From: an uncultured Acidobacteriota bacterium
Lineage (GTDB): Bacteria > Acidobacteriota > Vicinamibacteria > Vicinamibacterales > SCN-69-37
DNA: 64,000 bases
NCBI GenBank assembly: GCA_963780895.1
Contig: CAWAEG010000001.1
Location: 1,114,607-1,178,606, forward strand
Direction of reading: 5' to 3'
The translations under genes and the position numbers were made by a program. This document shows positions 10,743 to 20,257 of the stretch, one piece after another; position 1 is the stretch's first letter, and each line of letters opens with the position of its first letter. The notes under the pieces are model-generated. The model worked only from the letters and a program-made list of their open reading frames with translations. It searched no databases and had not been told where the DNA came from.

Positions 10743-12348
10743 ATGAAGGTCCTCGGCATCTCCGGGCGATATCGCGACGCGGCGGCGGCGCTGGCCGTTG
10801 ACGGCCGGGTGATCGCGGCGGCGTCCGAGGACTGCTTCACGAAGGTGCCGGGCATCGGGTACCTGCAGACGGGCGGTTTTCCATCGCAGGCGGTGGACGC
10901 GTGTCTGCACGCCGCCGGTTTCGAGATGGGCGACGTCGATCAGCTCACGGTCGTCGAGCACGAGGGACCTGGCAGCCACGACGCGTCGAGCCTCCACGAT
11001 GACTACAAGACGCTCGACGTGCAGCGCATCGACGCGGTGCGCGCCGATGCCGTGCAGGCCGCGGCGTCGGCCGACGGCCCGCGCGCGGTCCTCGTGTGCA
11101 GCACGCAGCCGGCGGTGATGGCCGCGTTCGTGACGGACCAGAACCGGGTCACCTCGGAGACCGTGGTGCCCGGCGGCGATCGTCTGGCGCGGGCCGCGCA
11201 AGTTCTGGCCGGCACGCTGGGTGTCGGCGGCGCCGATCCGTACGGCGCCCTCGATCGGCTCAGCATCGGCGCCGAACCGGAGTTCCAGTCCGAGCTTGGG
11301 GCCGCGATCGCCTGGCGCGACCGGGAAGGTGTTTCCGTCGATACGGACGATCTCACCGAGCGGGTCGACGCGATCGCCGGCGAGCACGCCGCGTCACTTG
11401 CCGACGCCGGCATCGTTGAACGTCCGCCTGCAGCAGAAGCGGCGCGCGCTCGCGGCGAGCTTTACCTGCCAAATCGCGCAGGTGGTGCGTGATGCCGCCG
11501 AACGGCGTGTGCGTCCGCGGCGACCTGGACGCGGTTGTTTTCGGCGGCGCGATGTTCGCGAACCGGCGGCTGAGCAACGAGCTCGGCCGCCTGCTCGGCG
11601 ACCGGCTGGCGCTTGCCGCCGTTCCGGAGCCGGCAGGCCGCGCGCTCGGCGCCGCGCTCTCGACGCCCGCCGGCTTCGGCGAACCGCTGGCCGGGCTCGC
11701 GCTCGGACCGTCGTTCTCGGACCCCGACATCAAGCGCACGCTCGACAACTGCCGGCTCGACTACGTCTACGAACCCGACTGGCAGCGGCTGTTCCTGCGG
11801 ACGTCGAAGCTGCTGTCGCAGGGCAAGGTGGTCGCCTGGTTTCAGGGCGCGATGGGATTCGGTCCGCGCGCGATGGGCACGCGCAGCATCCTCTGCGATC
11901 CGTCGAGCCGGTACGCCCGGCCACAACATGAACGAGTATCTCAGACAGGTCCCGCTCGACGAGCCGCTGCCCGTCGTCTTCGCGCCATCGATCGCCGCCG
12001 ACTGCCTGATGCGTCCGGTCTCGGGCCGGCCCGCCGTGATGGACGCGGCGGTGGCGTCGGAGTGGCGCGACCGATTGGTCGCCGCGCTCGACTGGCGCCA
12101 CTTCGTCAGGGTCCACGCCGTGAGCCCGGTGCAGGCGCATGAGCTGTGCGAGCTGCTCGAGTGTCACTACCGCCGCACGCAGGTGCCGGCGCTGATCGAG
12201 ACCAATCTCTGCGGTCCGGGCGAGCCGCTCGCCTGCACGTCCGCGCGACGCCGTCCGGACGGTCTATTCCTCGGCGATCGACGTCCTCGTCATCGGCCGG
12301 TTCGTCCTGATGAAGGACCACTGGCTCCTGAGAAGCGATGTTGGCTGA
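10743..12348 (+). pseudogene. Divergent carbamoyltransferase-like protein, paralog 2, with four +1 frame disruptions
   Basis: ATG 10743 to TGA 12346-12348. 1606 nt = 3x534+4. Frame 3 to 1 (~11410), 1 to 2 (~11505), 2 to 3 (~11920), 3 to 1 (~12238). C-terminal-domain motifs WFQGAMGFGPRAMGTRSIL and LIETNLCGPGEPLACT. N-terminus MKVLGISGRYRDAAAALAVDG is a divergent ASKHA-like domain. Confidence 0.6.
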
Positions 12349-13430
12349 CGCGGTCGCCGTGCGCGACGTGACGATGCCTGCCGAAGCGGCTTCCACGGTA
12401 ACCGTCGCGGGCGACGCCGACCGCGCCGCTTGGTCGGCGTACGTCTCGAGCCGGGCGTCGGCCACCGGATATCACGACTGGGCGTGGCGCGACGTCATCG
12501 AACGGACGTTCGGCCACGCGTGCTTCTACCTGATCGCCCGGCGCGGCGGGCACGGCGACATCACGGGCGTGCTGCCGCTCGTCGAGATCCGCAGCCTGCT
12601 TTTTGGCCGCACGATGACGTCGCTGCCGTTCGTGAACTACGGCGGCGTGCTCGCCGATTCGTCGACGGTCGCTGACGCGCTCGTCGCATCGCGCCCGGGA
12701 TCTCGCCCGAACGCGCGGCTGCCGTCACGTCGAACTGCGCCACATCGGCCGGCGCTTCGAGGCGCTGCCGTGCAAGCAGCACAAGGTCACGATGCGGCTG
12801 GAGCTTGCCGTCGGCATGTGGGACCGGCTCGATCGAAAGGTTCGGAACCAGATTCGCAAGGCGATGAAATCGGATCTCACGGTCGCGCGCGGCGGCGCCG
12901 AGCTCGCTGACCGACTTCTACACCGTCTTCGCGCGCAACATGCGCGATCTCGGCACGCCGGTGTACACGCCGCCGCCTGTTCGAAGAAGTGCTGCGGGCG
13001 TTTCCGGAACGTGCGCGCATGGTCGTCGTGCGGCACGCCTCCCGTGGCGGCGCGCCGATCGCAGCGGGCCTGACGTTCCGGACCGGTCCGATGGTCGAAG
13101 TCCCCTGGGCGTCGTCGATCCACGACTTCAACGCCCTCTGTCCGAATCATCTCTTGTACTGGAGCGTGATCGAGACGGCGATCGCCGACGGCTGCACGAC
13201 GCTCGACTTCGGCCGGTCGACGCCCAACGAAGGGACCTACAAGTTCAAGGCGCAGTGGGGCGCCGACGCCGGTGCCGCTGCACTGGGAGTATTGCCTTCT
13301 TCAAGGCGACACGATTCCCGACCAGAGTCCGAAGAACCCCAAGCTGCGGCTGGTCGTGGACACGTGGAAGCGGATGCCGTTGTGGGCGGCGAACCTCGTT
13401 GGGCCGTACGTCGTGAGGTCAATCCCGTGA
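12338..13430 (+). pseudogene. FemAB-related GNAT-fold protein (PEP-CTERM system-associated type), paralog of 50676-51740, with four +1 frame disruptions
   Basis: ATG 12338 overlaps the end of the upstream gene. Stop TGA 13428-13430. 1093 nt = 3x363+4. Frame 2 to 3 (~12688), 3 to 1 (~12904), 1 to 2 (~12970), 2 to 3 (~13268). Collinear with the intact paralog (GVLPL...SLPF.NYGG; FYTVFARNMRDLGTPVY; LLYWSVIETAIADGCTTLDFGRS). Confidence 0.65.
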
Positions 13431-13467
13431 CCGCCGCGCTGAGTGAGAACCGGGCCTCCCCAAAGCG

Positions 13468-15324
13468 ATGACCTCGATCCTCGGCATCTCGGCCTTCTAC
13501 CACGACAGCGCGGCGTGTCTCGTCGTCGACGGCGAGATCGTTGCCGCGGCGCAGGAGGAGCGGTTCACCCGCAAGAAGCACGACCCGGATTTTCCCTCCA
13601 ACGCGGTCCGCTTCTGTCTGGAGCGCGCCGGTCAGACGGCCGCGGATCTCGACTACGTCGTGTTCTACGAGAAGCCGATCCGCAAGTTCGAGCGCCTGCT
13701 CGAGACCTACGTGGCCTTCGCGCCGTCCGGGTTCAAGAGCTTCAAGATGGCGATCCCGGTCTGGCTCAAGGAGAAGACGCGGCTGCCCGCGCTCATCCGC
13801 AGGGGCATCGGCCCGGGCCTGCGCGCGCCGCTGGTCTTCACCGATCACCACGAGAGCCATGCGGCCAGCGCGTTTTTCCCGAGCCCGTTCGAGGAAGCCG
13901 CGATTCTGACGCTCGACGGCGTCGGCGAGTGGAGCACGACCGCGCTCGGCGCCGGCCGCGGCAACCGGATCCAGCTCAACCGGCACATTCAGTTCCCGCA
14001 CTCGCTCGGCCTGCTCTATTCCGCGTTCACGTACTACTGCGGCTTCAAGGTGAACAGCGGCGAATACAAGCTGATGGGCCTCGCGCCGTACGGACGCCCG
14101 CTCTACAAGGAACTGATCACGCGCCATCTCTTCCGCTTGCGGAACGACGGCAGCTTCTGGCTGAACATGGACTACTTCAACTACTGCCAGGGACTGACGA
14201 TGACAAACCGGGCGTTCGACGAACTGTTCGGCGGACCGCCGCGGAAGCCTGAGGCCGACATCGAGCAGCGGCACATGGACCTGGCGGCCAGCATCCAGGC
14301 CGTGACCGACGACGCGGTGCTCGCCATCGGCCGGGAGCTCTTCCGCGAGACGGGCATGACGCGGCTGGTGCTGGCGGGCGGCGTCGCGCTCAACTGCGTC
14401 GCGAACGGCCGGCTGCTCCGCGAAGGTCCGTTCGACGACATCTGGATCCAGCCCGCGGCCGGCGACGCCGGCGGCGCGCTGGGCGCGGCGATGTTCGTCT
14501 GGCACCAGCTGCTCGAGAAGCCCCGGACACGCCGGGCGCGACCGATCGCCAGCGCGGCAGCTTCCTCGGCCCCGAGTTCTCGACGCAGGACATCTGCGCG
14601 TATCTCGACCGCGTCGGCATCGCCTACCGGCGCGCGGCCGATGACGCGGACCTCTGGACGCGTGTCGCCGATCTGCTCGAAGCCGAGCGGATCGTCGGCT
14701 GGTTCCAGGGCCGCATGGAGTTCGGCCCGCGCGCGCTCGGCGCGCGCAGCATCCTCGGCGATCCGCGGTCGCCCCGGATGCAGGCGACGATGAACCTCAA
14801 AATCAAGTTTCGCGAGAGCTTCCGTCCGTTCGCGCCGTGCGTCCTGCAGGACGAGGCGCATCGCTGGTTCGATCTCGAGCCGAGGCAGGAGAGCCCTTAC
14901 ATGCTGCTCGTCGCGCCCGTCCTCGAGCCGCACCGCATTCCGGTCACGAACGAGCAGCGCGTGACGATGCGGACCGATCCGGACCTGAGAAACCGCGTCA
15001 ACATTCCGCGGTCGACTATTCCGGCGGTCACGCACGTGGACTACAGCGCGCGGATTCAGACGGTCGATCACGACCGAAATCCGAAGCTGCGCGGGACTGC
15101 TCGCCACGTTTTTCCAGCGCACCGGCTGCCCCGTGCTCGTCAACACGAGCTTCAACGTGCGGGGTGAACCGATCGTGTGCACGCCCGAGGACGCATACCG
15201 CTGCTTTCTCGCGACGGAAATGGACGCGCTCGTGCTGGGCGACGTGATTGTGCTGAAGCAGGACGCGCGGGGGATCGATCAGGCGGCGCGGGCCAGGCAC
15301 CTTTCGCAGTTCCAGCTGGATTGA
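13468..15324 (+). pseudogene. Carbamoyltransferase (NodU/CmcH family), paralog 3, with one 1-nt deletion and one 1-nt insertion
   Basis: ATG 13468 (MTSILGISAFYHDSAACLVVDGEIVAAAQEERFTRKKHD). Frame 1 to 3 at ~14522 (C-run) and frame 3 to 1 at ~15090. TGA 15322-15324. Length is 3n. Motifs FTDHHESHAASAFF, LDGVGEW, GEYKLMGLAPYG, LAGGVALNCVAN, WIQPAAGDAGGALGAA, GRMEFGPRALGARSIL, FRPFAP, VDYSARIQTV, VNTSFNVRGEPIVCTP. Confidence 0.8.
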
Positions 15325-15327
15325 TCC

Positions 15328-15741
15328 ATGCAGTGGTCTGATGTCATCGCTCCGCCGCCCAGAAAGGTGCTCCGTCAGTTCGCGGTGCTGTGCCTCGTCG
15401 TCTTCGGTACGATGGCGGCGCTCGGTTTCTGGCGCGGCGGATCGAGCACGATCATGACCGCGATCGCGGCCGCCGGCGTTGTCGTGGGCCTGGTTGGCGT
15501 GATCAGCCCGGGAGCGATCCGGTGGATCTATTCCGGTTGGATGGTGGCGGTGTTTCCGATCGGATGGACGATCTCGCGCATCATCCTGGCCGCGCTGTTC
15601 TACCTGGTCTTCACGCCGGTGGCGCTGGTCTTCCGGCTGATCGGCCGCGACGCGCTTCGGCTGCGGCCCCAGGACGCGTCATCGCAATGGGCGCCCAAGC
15701 CGGGCGCGGGGTCGAGCGATCAGTATTTCCGGCAATTCTGA
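15328..15741 (+). CDS. SxtJ-family small membrane protein
   Basis: 137 aa with predicted TM helices (FAVLCLVVFGTMAALGF; MTAIAAAGVVVGLVGVI; WMVAVFPIGWTISRIILAALFYLVFTPVALVF). Starts 3 nt after the carbamoyltransferase stop, the position SxtJ homologs occupy next to carbamoyltransferases. Confidence 0.65.
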   Translation: MQWSDVIAPPPRKVLRQFAVLCLVVFGTMAALGFWRGGSSTIMTAIAAAGVVVGLVGVISPGAIRWIYSGWMVAVFPIGWTISRIILAALFYLVFTPVALVFRLIGRDALRLRPQDASSQWAPKPGAGSSDQYFRQF

Positions 15742-15760
15742 CGTCTGAGGAGACGAGGGC

Positions 15761-15946
15761 ATGTCCAATTTCGAAGATGCGGCGCGGGGGAGGCGGCAAA
15801 GCGGCTTTGCGGGCGAGTTCTGGCAATTCCTCCGGCAGAGCAAGAAATGGTGGCTGTTGCCGATAGTCGTCATCCTCACAGTCTTCGGGCTGCTGATGGT
15901 CCTCTCCGGTACGGCGGCCGCACCCTTCATCTACACGCTGTTCTGA
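15761..15946 (+). CDS. DUF5989 (SxtK-like) small membrane protein
   Basis: 61 aa. Signature EFWQFLRQSKKWWLLPIVVILTVFGLLMVLSGTAAAPFIYTLF at the C-terminus. Third member of the carbamoyltransferase/SxtJ/DUF5989 trio. Confidence 0.75.
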   Translation: MSNFEDAARGRRQSGFAGEFWQFLRQSKKWWLLPIVVILTVFGLLMVLSGTAAAPFIYTLF

Positions 15947-15960
15947 GCCTCGAAAGAGCC

Positions 15961-16005
15961 CGGGAGTCACCTCCAGACGGCCCGCGGCCGTGGACGTGAC
16001 TCCCG
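15961..16005. terminator. Bidirectional hairpin between convergent genes
   Basis: Perfect 10-bp inverted repeat CGGGAGTCAC (15961-15970) / GTGACTCCCG (15996-16005), with further imperfect pairing inside. Lies between stop 15946 (+) and stop 16019 (-). No clear U-tract. Confidence 0.5.
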
Positions 16006-16018
16006 AGTCAGGTCGGCG

Positions 16019-19000
16019 TTACTTCCGGTAAATCGTGATCACGCCTGCGCTGGGAATGTTCGTCGAGAGCGTCTGTCCCGCGATCAGGGTCACGTTCGAC
16101 CAGTTCGTGGTCTGCTGGGTCCCGGTTCGCTCGGTCGAGAAGATGCCGTAGACGCCGGCCGGGAGACCGCTCACCGAGAACGATCCCCCGGTGTCGGACT
16201 TGACGACCACGACGTACCGCCCGTCGGCGTTGACGAAGGCCACCGGACTGAAGTTCGCGTTGCCGGTTGCCTCGATTCGCTCGGCGCCGGGTCGCACGTA
16301 CTTCGTGTACTGACGGTTCAGCTTCGCGTTCGGGCAGAGCTCGGCGACGCCGTTCGTGAGGCGCGTCCACTGATTGATGCACCCGTAGGCGTCGGCGAAC
16401 ACACCCTGCTGCCAGGCGGAGTTCCGGCCCTCGGTGAGATCCTGGTGGAGCATCTCGTAGTTGGCGCCCGAGTTGGGGGTCGTGAAGTCACCCCAGGTAC
16501 TCGAGCATCGACGTTCGCTTGCCCTGCTGCACGGCGCGCGACGCGATCTGCTGGAGATCGGAGAGGGTGCCGCCATAGCGGTGGTACGAGAACTCCTTGA
16601 TCAACGGCGCCGCGCCGGGCACCGCGAGGATGCCGTCGATGAACGACGGCGCCGCGCCCATGTTCGACGTGGAGGGGCCGATGAAGTCCGGCACCGCGAA
16701 GCCCGCCGCCTGGAGCCGCGCCGCGGTCGCGACGATGACCGCGCCGAGCTTGTCGGGACTCCAGCCGCTCACGTCGTTCGGCGCGAGCATGACCTCGATC
16801 CCGTTCGGCACGAAGCCGTACTTCGCGTTCAGGTGCTGGAACGTCGCGAGCATGAACTCCGCGTACTCCTGCGGGTTCTGGTGGTGCTCGAATGCCGACG
16901 CGCCGAAATCGACATACAAGAGGTTGATGTACGGCGTCTCGCCGCGGGCGATCACGCGCTGCCGCCATGGCTGGATGATGTGATCGATCCGCCAGTCCAC
17001 GGTCGTGAAGTTGAACCCGGCCGCGTTGATCACGTTCGGGTCGGCGTTGTCGTTGACGATGTTGTAGCCGCTCCCGTTGCCCGGGCCCTCGACGCCGGAG
17101 CTGATCTCGAGCCGCACGCGATTGATGCCGAGCTCGTTCACCGCGAGCTCGAGGAGCGCCGCCCACTGGCTGTCGCTGATCGACGTGTAGTCGCCGATCG
17201 AGCTGAGAACGCCCGCCTCCCAGCCGGTCATGGTCTGGTACCGGACCGACGGGTTCAGCGTGATCGTGGCGGCGGTCGACGGCGCCGGGACGCTTGCCGA
17301 TGGCGGCGGCACAGGTGCCGGCGGGGGGGTGGTGGGTGGCAACCAGCCGCCGTTCGCACAGGTTCCGCCGCCAAGTGACACATACGGGTCTGGCGTCGTG
17401 CACCCGGTAGTGCCGTTACCGGGTGGTGCCGGGATCGGCGCCGGGATCACCGGCGTCGGCGCGGGAGTGATCGGCCCGGCCGACATGCCCGGCGGAAGCC
17501 AGCCACCGTTGACACACGTGCCACCGCCCATCGCCGCGAACGGATCGGGAGTCGTGCAGCTGTTCGGCGGCGGCGGGGGGGAGCCGTTCGAGGGCGGTGG
17601 GGCCGACGCGCTGGGTGGCGGAGGCGGCGGCGTTGCGCTCGGCGGCGGCGACGTCGGGGCCGGCGGCAGCGCAGGCAGCGAGCCGGCCGGACAGGTGAAG
17701 CCGACGATGCCGGTGCGGGTGGTCGAGCACGGGGTGATCGCGCCGGAGATCGAGATGCCGGCGACGCTCCGGGCCTGCGCGTTGGTCAGGCCGGCCACAC
17801 TGGTGGTGAGCGGCGTCGACGGGATCACGAATGTCGGCGCCTGCTCGTTGGCGAAGACCTCGAAGTTGTCGTTCGCATTGCCGTTGAAACTCTCGACGAC
17901 CATGCGGTCGGAGACAATGATGTTCTGATTCGTGCCCTGATTCGGGGTAAAGTGTCGGAAGACGTGCGCCTGGCCCTGCGTGCCCGAGACGCCCGGAACG
18001 TTGCTGAACTGGACGTTGCGCGCGACCACCAGCCGCGGCGGAATCGCGCTGCCGCCGCCGGTGACGCCGTACGGCGTGTTCATGTACACGTTCCAGTAGT
18101 TCTTGAGCGTGCTGTTCTCGACGGTCAGCGTGCCGGGGGTGTTGCCGTAGATATCGCTGGTGTCGCCGGCCTTGATCGGCGCCTGGATGCCGATGCGGAG
18201 CCCCTGGATATCCGCCTGCCGGATGACGATGTTGCGGGCGATGTAGTCGCCGAAGAAGAACGACACCGCGTTCTCGTGCGGGTTCGTCAGCATCGACGGG
18301 TCGTTGTAGTGGACCCAGCCGTCGAACGTGACGCGGTTCTCGCCGTAGCCATAGAAACCCAGGACGCCGACGTTCCACATCCGCGTGTTGAGGAACGTAC
18401 TGACCGGCACGTCGTAGACTTCGGTGCAGCAGTTGGCGCCGAGGTTCCAGACGGTGATGCCGCGGTGCACGCCGTAGAACTCGTTGGCGCTGAACTCGCG
18501 CAGCGGCACGGCCATCATGTTGACCGTGTGGCCCGACACGTTCGGGTCGGCGCCCGGCGTGCTCGGCACGCGCACGCTGCCGACGCCCAGCATCATATAG
18601 GTGACCGCGAACGAGTTGGCGTTGGCGACGACGTTGTTCCGGATGATGTTGTCGGGTCCGCGCAGCCAGATGCCCGATCCTTCCCAGCCCCAGTCGTTGA
18701 TGCCCTGGCGGCCGTCCGCCCGTTCGAGGCCCGTGCCCCAGGCCCGGACGACGAAGTTGTTCTGGATGACGTTGGCCGTCTCCGAGCCGTCCTCCGTCAT
18801 GATGCCCGCGCCGGCGGCGTTGTACACGACGTTGTCCTGCACCAGCCCGTAGTGGGTGTCGTGGATCGTGATTCCCCACTTGGTACCGCCGTCAATCGCA
18901 TTGCCGATCACGATGAACTGATAGCTGTTGGACAGCGGTGACGCCGGACCGAACAGATGGTGCAGGTGCAGCGAGTAGCGGCCGATCTGGTTGGTTCCAA

Positions 19001-19985
19001 TGTGCGTGGCATGCCCGGAGCTCATGACCGTCGAATCGAGCGGCGAAATCGTCGTGCGCCCGAGGTCCTTGAACGCCGTGTACCGGATGTCCACTTCAGC
19101 CCGATCGGTCATCAGCACGTGCCCGCGCGTGCCCTGCGGGTTCTGTGAGCGGATGACGATGTTCCGCGTAATGTTGCCGACGTGCGGCAGGAAGACGAGC
19201 GCGCCGGCCACATTGCGGCCGCCGCCGTGCGGGAACGCGAGGCCACCCGCCAGCGCCAGGCCCGATCCCGACGCGGCCGCGAGCGTCGGCGTCTCCCACT
19301 GACCGACATACGACGCCGGACTCTGCGACGACTGATTCGTGCCCGGCAGGACGAGCCGATCGCCGCCCTGCCAGCCGGCGACGCCGGCTGCCAGTGCCAA
19401 GGACGACTGACCGGCGTTGGCTTCAGCCGAGAGCCGCACGAACGTCGGCGACTTCACCGATCCGTGCATGGTGATCCGGCCGAAGCCGAGCAGGCCCGTG
19501 CCGTACTGTTCGGGATCCGTCCCGGTATCGACCGGCCGATCGGCGATCACGATCTCGGCGACCGCGTTGGCCGCGACGGGCGCTCCGCTCGTTCCGATCT
19601 GCAAGCCCGCCCCGGGCATGATCGTGAGCGTGCCCACCGTGAGCCGCGTGGAGACGTCCGTGCGGAAGGTGAGCTGGCCGTGGACATTCACGCACGTGAG
19701 GTCCGCGTCGCTCTGGCGATCGTAGGTGACGGTCGTGCCGGCCGAGACCGCGACGCGGTCGTTCACCGTCGGCACCTGCCCGATCGACCAGGTGGCGGGA
19801 TCGGACCACGAACCGCTTCGGACCGACGCGATCGTCGGGTTCGTACAGAGATTCGGAATGCCGTTGGCGAGCTGCGCTTCAGCGAGGCCGGGAGCCGCCG
19901 CGAGGGCGCTCAACGAGATGCAAAGAATGTGTGCTGCAGTCTGTGTACGACGGGGAAGAGTAATCAGATTCAGCGATTGCTTCAT
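16019..19985 (-). pseudogene. Giant secreted G8 + parallel beta-helix + 2x Cys-repeat + GH30-like protein, tandem copy 1, one 1-nt insertion
   Basis: ATG at 19985 (MKQSLNLITLPRRTQTAAHILCISLSALAAAPGLAEA signal). Copy 1 reads CCCCAGGTACTC at 16491-16502 where copy 2 reads CCCCAGTACTC; the extra G at 16496/16497 splits the ORF into 16488-19985 and 16019-16576. 3967 nt = 3n+1. Confidence 0.8.
17336..17557 (-). repeat. Two copies of the 23-aa two-Cys module (copy 1 linker)
   Basis: Encodes CTTPDPFAAMGGGTCVNGGWLPP (~17490-17557) and CTTPDPYVSLGGGTCANGGWLPP (~17336-17403), separated by a Pro/Ala-rich spacer. Confidence 0.85.
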
Positions 19986-20015
19986 GCCACACCTGGGAGA
20001 GCGGCGGAACAGGGG

Positions 20016-20030
20016 GCAATCCGGGTGCCA
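20016..20030 (-). promoter_or_regulatory. Sigma-54 (-24/-12) promoter of tandem copy 1
   Basis: Minus strand reads TGGCAC-CCGGA-TTGC, an exact match to TGGCAC-N5-TTGC. 30 nt separate the -12 element from ATG 19985, with AGGTG 5 nt before the ATG. Confidence 0.7.
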
Positions 20031-20208
20031 TCGGCTGATATCTCAATTCGTGCGCAATCTGGCGGAATTGTGCGCGATCCGGTCGACCACGTTACGAAAT
20101 CGCAGAGGGGGGTGAACGGTAAGAACGCGCATGTTTACGAATGCAAACCGCAACGCCGAGATCACGCCATGAGCCAATTCCTTGTGGGGAATTGCTTACT
20201 GGAATGAT

Positions 20209-20245
20209 CGACCCGGGGGCCCCGGTCGGCCCCCGAATCGATTCG
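20209..20245 (-). terminator. GC-rich hairpin plus palindrome downstream of tandem copy 2
   Basis: CGACCCGGGGGCCCCGGTCG (20209-20228) forms a stem with one bulge. It is followed by the perfect palindrome CGAATCGATTCG (20234-20245), 13 nt 3' of stop codon 20258-20260. No U-tract. Confidence 0.35.
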
Positions 20246-20257
20246 TCTGTAGACTAA

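Larger units (their letters stand above)
16019..20030 (-). repeat. Tandem duplication unit 1 (gene plus about 45 bp of promoter)
   Basis: Near-identical at nucleotide level to 20258-24787 over the 5' ~2.3 kb and 3' ~1.3 kb of the gene and over the -24/-12 promoter. The central linker differs in length. Confidence 0.9.

Noticed and set aside
6971-15324. Programmed ribosomal frameshifting or transcriptional slippage as the cause of the frame changes.
   Set aside because: There are far too many events (13 in one gene). I saw no recurring slippery heptamer or downstream structure at the junctions, and the inserted bases are in varied contexts.
16019-16060. A PEP-CTERM sorting signal at the C-terminus of the G8 proteins.
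   Set aside because: Both tandem copies end ...NIPSAGVITIYRK and the third paralog ends ...GFTCAIK. There is no PEP motif, TM helix or basic tail.
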